From Clostridia bacterium (GTDB lineage: Bacteria; Bacillota; Clostridia; Oscillospirales; CAG-272), in the NCBI GenBank assembly GCA_017464565.1, contig JAFTZH010000035.1, positions 149,781 to 213,780 on the forward strand: a stretch of 64,000 nucleotides of DNA, given 5' to 3'. Made by a program: the position numbers and the translations under genes. The notes below the pieces were generated by a model, which was not told where the DNA came from, made no database searches, and worked only from the letters and a program-made list of their open reading frames with translations. The first letter of the stretch is position 1; the number at the start of each line of letters is the position of its first letter. Below, one piece after another: positions 1 to 8,939 of this stretch.

Positions 1-579
1 GGTCTCTTCTCTAAACGAGGTCTCAAGTATACCCGCTCTGCCCGCGCCTATTCCGCTTGCGTATGCGAGCGCGTACTCTTTAGCCTTGCCCGTGTAATCC
101 TGATGAACGGCGATAAGGCTGGGAACTCCCTTACCCTCCTGATACTGACTTCTTACCGTGTGTCCGGGTCCCTTGGGAGCTACCATTATAACGTCGATAT
201 TCTTTGCGGGCTGAATGAAGTTGAAATGGATATTAAAGCCGTGAGCGAACATAAGAACGTCGCCGTCCTTCATATAGGGAGCTACCTGCTTGTTATAGAT
301 ATCAGCGGCAAGCTCGTCGGGAACGAGCATCATTACGAGGTCTCCCGCCTTCGCCGCGTCCTCAACCTCCATAACCTTGAAATTGGGATGCGTTGCGGCA
401 AAATCCTCAGCCTTCTTCCAATGCGCGCTTCCGCGTCTGAGTCCTACGGCTACGTTTACTCCGCTCTCGGCGAGGTTCATCGAATGAGCGTGTCCCTGGC
501 TTCCGAAGCCTATGACGGAAACGGTCTTTCCGTCAAGCATAGAAAGGTTGCAGTCGGTGTCATAATACTTTGTAATCAT
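1..579 (-). CDS. ilvC: ketol-acid reductoisomerase, N-terminal 193 codons (gene runs off window start)
   Basis: Absent from ORF track because it is open at the window edge. Reverse complement from ATG 579-577 (AAGGAGA 7 nt upstream) reads [40 protein letters not shown]...[22 protein letters not shown], the class I KARI Rossmann and N-domain signature. In frame to position 1. Confidence 0.9.
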   Translation of the reverse strand, partial: MITKYYDTDCNLSMLDGKTVSVIGFGSQGHAHSMNLAESGVNVAVGLRRGSAHWKKAEDFAATHPNFKVMEVEDAAKAGDLVMMLVPDELAADIYNKQVAPYMKDGDVLMFAHGFNIHFNFIQPAKNIDVIMVAPKGPGHTVRSQYQEGKGVPSLIAVHQDYTGKAKEYALAYASGIGAGRAGILETSFREET

Positions 580-608
580 TTTTTTGTCTCCTTATAAATA
601 TTTAAAAA

Positions 609-1106
609 TTAATTGAGTTCGTAAGAAACCAAGCCGCGCTCAAGCGCTATCGCGCCCGAACGGCAAAGCTCTATTATTTTATAAGAGCTTACCGCCTCGA
701 GAAAGGCGTCTATCTTTTGCGGAGATTCGGTAAGCTCCGCTACGAAGCATCCGTTTGACATATCTATCACGTTAGCTCCGAAGTCCAGAATCGTCTTTTT
801 CAGCGTTTCCGTATCGTTGCCCTCGGTAGAAAACTTTATGAGCAGCAATTCGCGGATAAGACTGAAGGTGGGTTCGACCGAAAAAATCATCTTCGCCTCG
901 ACGAGCTTTCCCGTCTGCTTCATTATCTGACTGAAGGTTCTGCTGTCTCCCGTGGTCATAACGGTAATTCTCGAAATATGAGGATTATCGGTAGATGAAA
1001 CGGTGAGCGAATCTATGTTAAATCCTCTCTGCATAAACATTGAGGTAACGCGCGCAAGCACACCCGCATTATTCTGAACGAGAAGAACCATACATTGTTT
1101 TTTCAT
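609..1106 (-). CDS. ilvN: acetolactate synthase small (regulatory) subunit
   Basis: 165 aa. ACT-domain start MVLLVQNNAGVLARVTSMFMQRGFNIDSLTV is typical of the AHAS small subunit. GGAGGAG RBS. Starts 12 nt after the ilvB stop. Confidence 0.9.
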   Translation of the reverse strand: MKKQCMVLLVQNNAGVLARVTSMFMQRGFNIDSLTVSSTDNPHISRITVMTTGDSRTFSQIMKQTGKLVEAKMIFSVEPTFSLIRELLLIKFSTEGNDTETLKKTILDFGANVIDMSNGCFVAELTESPQKIDAFLEAVSSYKIIELCRSGAIALERGLVSYELN

Positions 1107-1118
1107 ACCCGCTCCTCC

Positions 1119-2777
1119 TTATTTGAAAATGGTATCGTGTACCGTAGCGCCCGAGGGAATCATAGGAAGTACCTTTTCTTCCCTGTCTATCTTGCATTCT
1201 ATCCATACGGGGCCCTTGGACTTTATCGCTTTTTTCATCGCTTCCTCAAATTCGGCGGGAGTCTCGCAATGATAGCCTTCCGCGCCGAACGCCTTCGCGA
1301 CAGCCACGTAATCGGTCTTTCTTTCCGGCTCGCTGGAAGAAAATCTGCGCTCGTAGAAGGAGCACTGCCACTGTCTTACCATACCGAGAACGGCGTTATT
1401 CATAATAACCGTGATAACGGGAAGCCCGTAGCTTACCGCAGTGCACAGCTCGTTCATATTCATATGAAGCGAGCCGTCCGACGTGAAGTGAACGACGTGC
1501 TTATCGGGATTGGCTGTCTGCGCGCCTATCGCCGCACCGTATCCGTATCCCATAGTTCCGAGTCCTCCGCTCGTCAGGAAGTTTCTCGGCTTGACGTGCC
1601 GCAGATACTGCGCCGCCCAAAGCTGATGCTGTCCGACGTCGGTAACGTATATAGCGTCCTCGCCCGCGTATTCACAGGCGGTATCGACTATCTGATGAGG
1701 AAGGAGAACGTCGTATCTGTTCTCGGGCATATAGTCGTCCCTCTTCCATTTGGTTATCTGCTCGCTCCAAGCCTCGTGCTTCGCGGGCTTGACGTATTTA
1801 AGAAGCTCGCGAAGAACCTCCTTGACGTCTCCCGTAATACTGTAATCGGCAACGATTATCTTATTTATCTCGCTCGGGTCGATATCTATATGTACTATAC
1901 GGGAATTATGTCCGAACTTCTCGGTGTTAAGCGCCACGCGGTCGCTGAAGCGCGTACCGATAGCCAGCATCACGTCAGCGCGGTTTGCCGCCGCGTTTGC
2001 CGAATAACAGCCGTGCATTCCTATAAGTCCGAGATTGTTCTTTTCCTTATATCCGAGCACGCCCGCCGCCATAAGAGTATGCGCCGCGGGAATATCGGCT
2101 CTCTCTATAAGCTCGCGGAGCTCGTCGCCCGCGCCCGATATTCTGACTCCGCCTCCGAAATATATAAAAGGTCTTTCAGACCTGTTTATAAGCTCGGCAA
2201 TCTCCTCGATATTCTTGAGCTTTGCGGGTTTAACCGCCGGAACGACCTTTTCCGCCGGAACGAACGTGGTCTTGTTAGCCGTTATATCCTTCGGTATATC
2301 TATAAGAACGGGACCGGGGCGTCCGCTTGACGCTATTCTGAACGCCTCTCTGACGGTATCGGCAAGCTTCTCGACCTTGCGAACGACGAAGTTATGCTTC
2401 GTGATAGGCATCGTGATACCCGCTATATATACCTCCTGAAAGCTGTCGCAGCCTATAAGCTGTGTGGGAACGTTGCCCGTAATGGCTACCATAGGAACGC
2501 TGTCCATATACGCCGTAGCTATTCCCGTAACGAGATTGGTAGCGCCGGGACCGCTCGTCGCGATAACAACACCCGTCTTTCCCGTCGCTCTCGCGTATCC
2601 GTCCGCCGCGTGAGCCGCTCCCTGCTCGTGCGCGGTCATATAATGATGTATCTTGTCGCTGTACTTATAAAGAGCGTCGTATATGTTGAGCACCGCTCCG
2701 CCCGGATATCCGAACACGGTATCAACGCCCTGCTCTATAAGAACGTTTACAAGAATTTCAGAGCCGTTTAATATCAT
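1119..2777 (-). CDS. ilvB: acetolactate synthase large (catalytic) subunit
   Basis: 552 aa ThDP enzyme: N-terminal GYPGGAVLNIYDAL, ThDP-binding block GLGTMGYGYGAAIGA...FTSDGSLHMN...NNAVLGMV. GGAGGA RBS. Confidence 0.95.
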   Translation of the reverse strand: MILNGSEILVNVLIEQGVDTVFGYPGGAVLNIYDALYKYSDKIHHYMTAHEQGAAHAADGYARATGKTGVVIATSGPGATNLVTGIATAYMDSVPMVAITGNVPTQLIGCDSFQEVYIAGITMPITKHNFVVRKVEKLADTVREAFRIASSGRPGPVLIDIPKDITANKTTFVPAEKVVPAVKPAKLKNIEEIAELINRSERPFIYFGGGVRISGAGDELRELIERADIPAAHTLMAAGVLGYKEKNNLGLIGMHGCYSANAAANRADVMLAIGTRFSDRVALNTEKFGHNSRIVHIDIDPSEINKIIVADYSITGDVKEVLRELLKYVKPAKHEAWSEQITKWKRDDYMPENRYDVLLPHQIVDTACEYAGEDAIYVTDVGQHQLWAAQYLRHVKPRNFLTSGGLGTMGYGYGAAIGAQTANPDKHVVHFTSDGSLHMNMNELCTAVSYGLPVITVIMNNAVLGMVRQWQCSFYERRFSSSEPERKTDYVAVAKAFGAEGYHCETPAEFEEAMKKAIKSKGPVWIECKIDREEKVLPMIPSGATVHDTIFK

Positions 2778-2860
2778 TCTGTCCTCCTATATCGCATCGT
2801 CCTGCGAAATTATCAAACAATTATTCAGCGCGTCATAAGCCGCCTTTTCCGCAAAATTCA

Positions 2861-3133
2861 AAAAAGACCTTTATCTCTTCCGTTAAAAGAGACAAAGGTC
2901 GTTGACACTCTGCGGTACCACTCTTATTGCCGATTACGGCCGCTCTGCTTCACCTATCAGTGAATAGCCTCTGGTAACGGTGGCTCTCCGTCCGCGTCTA
3001 CACAACCTTTCGGTCTTCAAGCGGAAGCTGGGGGAGGAGATTCACACGGTCCCGCTGCCGACTCGCATCACCCGTCGGCTTTCTGAAAACATTCACGTGC
3101 TACTGATTCCCTTTAAACGCTTAAATAATTATT
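2861..3133 (-). promoter_or_regulatory. T-box leader (tRNA-sensing riboswitch) of the ilvB-ilvN-ilvC operon
   Basis: On the minus strand: AG-bulge AGAAAG, distal-loop motif GGGTGATGCGA, and T-box sequence AGAGTGGTACCGCAG (plus 2911-2925). These are followed by the terminator hairpin GACCTTTGTCTCTTTTAACGGAAGAGATAAAGGTC plus a T-run (plus 2861-2901). A CUC/UCU triplet lies in the presumed specifier region; its register is ambiguous. Confidence 0.8.
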
Positions 3134-3139
3134 GCAGAT

Positions 3140-3168
3140 ATTTTATCACGAATAATTACCTTTGTCAA
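3140..3168 (-). promoter_or_regulatory. sigma-A type promoter for the ilvB T-box leader
   Basis: Minus strand TTGACA (3168-3163), 17-nt spacer, TAAAAT (3145-3140). Confidence 0.6.
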
Positions 3169-3315
3169 GAAAAAATATATATTTTCAAAAATTTGATTGA
3201 ATTTGCACAGAAATTTTGATAAAATTCATTCTTTATTATAGCAAACCGACATTGGTTGTATTTAAAAATATATTATACTCGCTTTATAAGTATTGAAACT
3301 CCGCCGCAACCCGTC

Positions 3316-3690
3316 TCAAAGCTCGGCAATAACCTCGACCTCCGCAAGCACTCCCTTTGGAAGCTGCTTTGCCGCTACGCAGGAGCGTGCGGGCTTTGAG
3401 GTGAAGTACTTTCCGTACACCTCGTTGAACGCCGCAAAATCAGCCATATCGGCAAGGAAGCAGGTGGTCTTTACCGCTTTATCAATCGACGTTCCCGCCG
3501 CCTCAAGCACCGCGCAGAGATTCTTGCATATCTGCTCGGTCTGTTCCTCAATAGTCTTTGCCTCAACGTTTCCGCTCGCGGGATTTATCGCTATCTGTCC
3601 CGAGGTGAACACCATTCCTCCGCATTTTACCGCCTGTGAGTAAGGACCTATTGCGTCCGGCGCGTTTTTCGTATATACTTTTTCGCTCAT
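3316..3690 (-). CDS. ridA: RidA/YjgF family reactive-intermediate (enamine/imine) deaminase
   Basis: 124 aa. PDAIGPYSQAV...GQIAINP... matches the YjgF/RidA family. Lies 42 nt downstream of ilvA, a functionally coherent pairing. Confidence 0.85.
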   Translation of the reverse strand: MSEKVYTKNAPDAIGPYSQAVKCGGMVFTSGQIAINPASGNVEAKTIEEQTEQICKNLCAVLEAAGTSIDKAVKTTCFLADMADFAAFNEVYGKYFTSKPARSCVAAKQLPKGVLAEVEVIAEL

Positions 3691-3732
3691 TTATATTTTT
3701 CTCCTTTTATAATATTATTTTCGTTGATATTT

Positions 3733-4932
3733 TTATTGAACAGATACTATGCCGAAGCCTGCCTCGGACAGTGCCTTGGTTATTGACTCGATATGCTCGT
3801 AATTCTTGGTTTCAAGCACGAGGCGCAGATAGCAGCCGTTGATGTCCTTCGTCTCGCTCGCCCGCTCGTGGTGTACCGATATAACGTTCGCGCCGAGAGA
3901 CGCGATTATTCTCGATACGTCCATAAGCTGTCCCGGCTTATCCATAAGCTCAATACAGAGATTGCAGGTTCTTCCCGAGGTAAGCAGACCTCTTTCGATA
4001 ACGCGGGAAAGTATTGTAACGTCGATATTACCGCCCGATACCACGCAAACGACCTTTTTGTCCTTAACGGGAATCTTGTTGAACATTACGGCGGCTACCG
4101 AAACGGCGCCCGCGCCCTCGGCTATCATTTTGTGCTGTTCTATAAGCGCGAGTATCGCGGAGGATATCTCGTCTTCGTTTACCGTAACTATCTCGTCAAC
4201 GTATTTCGAGCAAAGCTCAAACGTATTGGCGCCCGGCTCCTTGACGGCTATTCCGTCGGCTATCGTAGATACCGAGGGAAGCTTTTCTATCTTTCCGCCG
4301 CGGACCGAGTTATACATACTCGGAGCGCCCGCCGACTGTACACCGTACACCTTTACGCGGGGAGCGAGCTGCTTTATCACGAATGCGATACCCGAAATAA
4401 GTCCGCCGCCTCCTATCGGAACCACTACCGCGTCAAGATCGTCAAGCTCGTTGAGTATCTCAAGTCCGACGGTTCCCTGTCCCGCGATAACATTGTCGTC
4501 GTCAAAAGGATGGACGAAGGTATATCCCTTCTCGTCTCGAAGCTCAAGCGCGCGCTTGTAAGCGTCGTCGTAAACGCCCTTTACCATAACCACGTCCGCT
4601 CCGTAGCTCTTGGTAGCCTCTACTTTTGATATCGGCGCTCCGTCGGGCAGGCAAATCGTAGCCTTTATTCCGTATTTTGAAGCCGCGAGAGCAACGCCCT
4701 GCGCGTGATTTCCCGCAGAGCAGGCGATAACGCCCCTCGCTTTTTCCTCCTCGGTAAGCTGGGATATCATATATCCCGCTCCCCTGACCTTGAAGGAACC
4801 CGTTACCTGAAGGTTTTCGGTTTTAAGATATACCTGACAATCGGGATTTATCTTGGACTGTATAAGAGAGGTCTCTCTTATAACGTCCTTAAGCATATAC
4901 GCCGCGTGATATACTTTATCAAGTGTAAGCAT
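3733..4932 (-). CDS. ilvA: threonine ammonia-lyase (threonine dehydratase)
   Basis: 399 aa. PLP lysine motif SFKVRGA, glycine loop GGGGLISG, short C-terminal ACT-like regulatory domain. Confidence 0.9.
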   Translation of the reverse strand: MLTLDKVYHAAYMLKDVIRETSLIQSKINPDCQVYLKTENLQVTGSFKVRGAGYMISQLTEEEKARGVIACSAGNHAQGVALAASKYGIKATICLPDGAPISKVEATKSYGADVVMVKGVYDDAYKRALELRDEKGYTFVHPFDDDNVIAGQGTVGLEILNELDDLDAVVVPIGGGGLISGIAFVIKQLAPRVKVYGVQSAGAPSMYNSVRGGKIEKLPSVSTIADGIAVKEPGANTFELCSKYVDEIVTVNEDEISSAILALIEQHKMIAEGAGAVSVAAVMFNKIPVKDKKVVCVVSGGNIDVTILSRVIERGLLTSGRTCNLCIELMDKPGQLMDVSRIIASLGANVISVHHERASETKDINGCYLRLVLETKNYEHIESITKALSEAGFGIVSVQ

Positions 4933-4965
4933 TTTTATATCCTTTCCTTATGTAAATATTTTTAT

Positions 4966-5233
4966 AAAAAAGGTCTTCGCCTCTGTCAAGAGACGAAGAC
5001 CATAGCTCCGCGGTACCACTCTGATTCCCCGAATATACGGGGCGCTCAACGTACTTTTATACGCTTTTCTTTAACGCAGAAATACGTACCGTTCTACTTG
5101 CGAAACCAATGATATCGGTCAAGCTTTCGGCGGTCAGCTCAAGGGTGATTTAGCAAGGAACTCTTCTGCCGTCTCGCACCGCCCGACGGCTCTCTGAAAA
5201 AAGCATTATCCTGCCGCTCCCTATCATCGCATT
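4966..5233 (-). promoter_or_regulatory. T-box leader of the ilvA-ridA operon (candidate Ile specifier AUC)
   Basis: Minus strand: AGAGAG bulge, distal loop GGCGGTGCGA, candidate specifier UAA-AUC-A, and T-box AGAGTGGTACCGCGG (plus 5009-5022). Terminator GGTCTTCGTCTCTTGACAGAGGCGAAGACC plus TTTTTT (plus 4966-5001). Promoter TTGACT (5268-5263), 17 nt, TATCAT (5245-5240). Confidence 0.8.
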
Positions 5234-5332
5234 AAGTATATGATACTCTTTTTTACCTCAAAAGTCAATGTCCGCCTTGCACGACAATAAAAACGCGCAA
5301 GGTGATTTTTTTGTGGATTTTGAACAATTATA

Positions 5333-7561
5333 TTACTTGTATTCTCCGTAAATATCAAAAATTCTCTTCTCTGCCTCCTCGGTATTCAGCTTGTCCGCCG
5401 AATAAGCAAAGCGCAAAAGCTCACCCGGAATATACCTGTCGTATTTTTCAAATACGGGCAGTTCTCTGCCGTTCACCAGCTCTTCCGCTTTTATTCCGTA
5501 TCGGCTTACGTATTCCGCCATAAAGGCGGCAAGCTCCTCACCGCTGCCCTTTTCCATTCTGAAGGTCATATAATAACAGCCCTCAAACTCTATTCCCGAT
5601 ATACCGAAGCGGTGAGCGTTCAAGGCTATGAACTTTCTGAGCGTTCTGAACGAGCGCGTACCGAGCCACGGAAACAGACACCAGGTATATCCTCCGAGAT
5701 ATACCATAGAGCGCTTAGTAAGCGAGGTCGCTCTCGCCACCTCCCGCGCCTTGCGGAGTCTGCTTTCCGCGTTCTCCTTGAGATACGGATATTCGGTATC
5801 CTCCTCAAGTATCTTCTTCATTCTCTCAAGAATACGGGTGTGTATCTCACCGTAATCTCCGGGCCAGGATATCTCCATTTTTCCCTCTACGCCCTTGACG
5901 TAAACGAGGCGTCTTTGAAGGTCGGTCTCAAGCACCTCCCACACTCTGCCCGCAAGCGCGAACCTGTCTCCCGCGGGAGGCGGAGTGGTTATAGTGCCTA
6001 TCTCCTCCGACTCGCACCGCACCGTAAAATCCTCGCTGTCGTTAAATACGGCGTAAAATTTAAAGCTGTTGAGCAGTCTCTCTCCCGCAAGCCCAACGAT
6101 AAGTCCCTTTTCCTCTGTCATCTCCAGCATATCGGAGCGAAGCATAGACAATATAAGCGTCCGATAATCCTCCTTTGATACCTCGGAAAACGGAGGCATA
6201 GACAGAACTCTATCGGCAAGAGCGGCGGGAGTCAGCTCTCCGCAGGACGCAAGCACGCTGAGCGTTTGATGAAACAAAAGGCTCATCGGCTGTTTTTTCT
6301 CTGACGGAGGCTCGATAAATCTCTCCTCTATATAAAGCTGTACTATCGCTATCGCGCGCAGAAGGCTCCAAGGTATTATCTGCGGAAGAGGAGCGTTAGG
6401 CAAGGGTTCCTCCTCCCTGAATACCATCATCATTTCGGGTGGCTGTCCTCTGCGCCCCGACCGTCCGAGCCTCTGGAGAAAGCTTGACACCGAATTCGGC
6501 GCGTCGTTCTGCAAAATTCTCTCAAGCCTTCCTATATCTATTCCAAGCTCCATCGTAACGGTAGCGCACGTAACCGCAGATATCTCCTCGTTCTTCATTT
6601 TCATCTCCGCTTCCTCGCGCAAAGCCGCCGAGAGATTTCCGTGATGTATGAGAAAAATATCCCTCTCTCCTCTTTTATCGGCTATCTGCCTGAGCGTCGC
6701 GCAGACGTATTCGGTCTCCTCCCTTGAATTTGAAAAGACGATAGCCTTCTTATCCTTGACGCAATCGTACATATATTCGTATCCCGCGTCAAGAGCGGAG
6801 GTTTCGTTCTTTCCCTCGCGAGCGCTTTCGCTTTGGTCGGCATTTTTACTATTTATGAAGAAATGTTCCATACCAAGACGCCATTTTATCTTTTCAGCCT
6901 CGAAGCTCGGAGCGTCGGTGTCTCTTCCGCTTCCCGCAGAAAGCCATCTGACTGCCTTTTCGGTCTCTCCGACCGTCGCGGAAAGTCCTATCCTGCGCGG
7001 TGAACGGCCTATAAGCCTCGCAATCCTCGAAAGCTGGCATATTATCTGATTTCCCCTGTCGCTTCCCATAAGCGTGTGTATCTCGTCTATAACGACGTAG
7101 CGAAGGTCGGAGAACAAGCGCGGGATATCGTTTGAGCGGTTTATCAGCATAGCCTCAAGAGATTCGGGAGTTATCTGAAGTATTCCCTCGGGTAAGGACA
7201 AAAGCTTCTTCTTATGAGACGCCGCGACGTCCCCGTGCCAATGCGTAACCCTTATACCGCTTTCTTTGAGAAGTGAATCTATTCTTAAAAATTGGTCGTT
7301 GATAAGACTTTTAAGCGGAGCTATATAAAGCACTCCCACGCTTGACGGAGGTTTTTGGTAAAGCTCAGTCAATATCGGAAAAAAAGCAGCCTCGGTCTTT
7401 CCGCTTGCCGTCGAAGAGGTCAGCAGCAGATTTCTGTCGGTATAAAAAATAGTTTTTGCCGCCGCTATCTGAACTCCCCTGAGCGAATCCCACGAATTCG
7501 AATATATAAAATCTCGGATAAAGGGCGGGAATTTTTCAAATATTCTGTCAGCCTCTGTCAT
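5333..7561 (-). CDS. sngC: SF2 DEAD/DEAH-box helicase, Lhr-like with DEAD/H-associated C-terminal region (third gene of the TerB-N/ATPase/helicase trio)
   Basis: 742 aa. Motif I ASGKTEAA, II VIDEIH, III LSATVG, VI QRLGRSGRR. Long C-terminal extension as in Lhr/BrxHI-type helicases. AAGGAGG RBS. The symbol is assigned by architecture only. Confidence 0.8.
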   Translation of the reverse strand: MTEADRIFEKFPPFIRDFIYSNSWDSLRGVQIAAAKTIFYTDRNLLLTSSTASGKTEAAFFPILTELYQKPPSSVGVLYIAPLKSLINDQFLRIDSLLKESGIRVTHWHGDVAASHKKKLLSLPEGILQITPESLEAMLINRSNDIPRLFSDLRYVVIDEIHTLMGSDRGNQIICQLSRIARLIGRSPRRIGLSATVGETEKAVRWLSAGSGRDTDAPSFEAEKIKWRLGMEHFFINSKNADQSESAREGKNETSALDAGYEYMYDCVKDKKAIVFSNSREETEYVCATLRQIADKRGERDIFLIHHGNLSAALREEAEMKMKNEEISAVTCATVTMELGIDIGRLERILQNDAPNSVSSFLQRLGRSGRRGQPPEMMMVFREEEPLPNAPLPQIIPWSLLRAIAIVQLYIEERFIEPPSEKKQPMSLLFHQTLSVLASCGELTPAALADRVLSMPPFSEVSKEDYRTLILSMLRSDMLEMTEEKGLIVGLAGERLLNSFKFYAVFNDSEDFTVRCESEEIGTITTPPPAGDRFALAGRVWEVLETDLQRRLVYVKGVEGKMEISWPGDYGEIHTRILERMKKILEEDTEYPYLKENAESRLRKAREVARATSLTKRSMVYLGGYTWCLFPWLGTRSFRTLRKFIALNAHRFGISGIEFEGCYYMTFRMEKGSGEELAAFMAEYVSRYGIKAEELVNGRELPVFEKYDRYIPGELLRFAYSADKLNTEEAEKRIFDIYGEYK

Positions 7562-7586
7562 TCACAATACCTCCTTATGATATATT

Positions 7587-8939
7587 TCAGAAAACGATGT
7601 CCTCGGGAGTATATTCCTTTTTTGACTCCGATGCTTTCTCCGCGCCGTCCTCATCGGTTCTCAGCGTAACCGCCTGACCTACTATATCGTCAAATGAAAG
7701 ATCCTCGTTCTGCATCAGAAGATTCATAACCGTCATATAATCCCGCAGCATCTCTCTCGGGGTTATCATACTGTCGGCTCCCGCTCTCGCCAAGCATATC
7801 TCAAGGAATTTCACCTTTTCCTCGTCGCTCACACGGGGCTCTATACCGTAATTCACGGCGTAAAGCTTGGTTACCCTCGATATCAGCGCGTAAAGCTCAT
7901 CGTCGCTGAGTCTGCGGAGTCTTATTACGGGACCGATGAGATTTACCGCTCCGTCAACGGAAAAACGGCTGTCGCAAAGTCTGCTGCGAAGCGCCTCGTA
8001 GCTGAACAGCCCCCTTCTCGTGTCGTCAAGAAACTGCGGCGTGCCTCCGAGTATCAGTCCAAGTCCCTCGGCGCGCCCCTGAAGCGTATCGTTAAACATC
8101 GCCAGTATCTTTTCGTAGTTGTTCTCTCTGCTGACTCTGTGATTTATCTTATAAAGATTTACGCACTCGTCTATAAAAACGATAAGTCCTCTATACCCCA
8201 TCATTCTCACCAGACACGCCCAAAGCTTCAGAAAATCGTACCAATTATCGTCGTCTATTATTACGGAGACCTGAAAGCCAAGCGCGCTTCTCGCCTCGGT
8301 CTTACTTGAAAATTCACCTCTGAGCCAGCGCAGACAGGCAATGCGCCTGTCGTCGTCTCCCGAGACGAACGCCCTGTAATATTCCGTGATAATTCTCGCA
8401 AAATCAAAGCCTCCGACGAGAAATTCTATATCCCTGAGCTTTTCCGCGACGCAGCGATTTAACCTTTTCGCAAACTCGTCGCTCTCGGTATCTATTCCGT
8501 CGGACGCTATCTCGGTTTGCATAGAATCTATCCACTTCGCTATCATTTTCGGAAGTGCCCCGCCGTCGGGAGAGGTCTTTGACGCAAGGTTTTTCATAAG
8601 CTCTCTGTAAGTAGCCACGCCACTTCCCGAAGAACCGTAAAGACGGCGCTCGGGAGAAAGGTCAGCGTCCGCCGTAACGAAATCCCTCTCCAGCGCGTAG
8701 CCTCTTACGAGCTGCATAAGAAAGCTTTTTCCGCTTCCGTATCTGCCTATTATAAAGCGCATAGTTCCCCCTCCCTCATTCACTGCGGAAAGGTCGGAAA
8801 GAAGCGCCGATATCTCGTCCTTTCTTCCGATAGCTATATACGGCGCGCCCGCGCGCGGAACCACGCCCGCCGATACCGACGCAAGCAAGGAATTCAATAT
8901 CCTTTTCGGTATTTTCTGCAAATTTATATCCTGTTCCAT
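7587..8939 (-). CDS. sngB: DUF2791/BrxD-like P-loop ATPase (second gene of the trio)
   Basis: 450 aa. N-terminal ...GVVPRAGAPYIAIGRKDEISALLSDL..., Walker A GRYGSGKSF, Walker B LIVFIDEC. Its ATG (8939-8937) directly abuts the TAA (8942-8940) of the upstream gene. Confidence 0.75.
   Translation of the reverse strand: MEQDINLQKIPKRILNSLLASVSAGVVPRAGAPYIAIGRKDEISALLSDLSAVNEGGGTMRFIIGRYGSGKSFLMQLVRGYALERDFVTADADLSPERRLYGSSGSGVATYRELMKNLASKTSPDGGALPKMIAKWIDSMQTEIASDGIDTESDEFAKRLNRCVAEKLRDIEFLVGGFDFARIITEYYRAFVSGDDDRRIACLRWLRGEFSSKTEARSALGFQVSVIIDDDNWYDFLKLWACLVRMMGYRGLIVFIDECVNLYKINHRVSRENNYEKILAMFNDTLQGRAEGLGLILGGTPQFLDDTRRGLFSYEALRSRLCDSRFSVDGAVNLIGPVIRLRRLSDDELYALISRVTKLYAVNYGIEPRVSDEEKVKFLEICLARAGADSMITPREMLRDYMTVMNLLMQNEDLSFDDIVGQAVTLRTDEDGAEKASESKKEYTPEDIVF

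Noticed and set aside
1095-2330. 411-aa plus-strand ORF, plus 2035-2439 and 2394-2771, all antisense to ilvB
   Set aside because: They lie entirely within or opposite a strongly recognisable ThDP enzyme gene. The products are Arg/Ser-rich and low-complexity with no motifs. This is the typical shadow ORF of a gene with a GC-rich third codon position.
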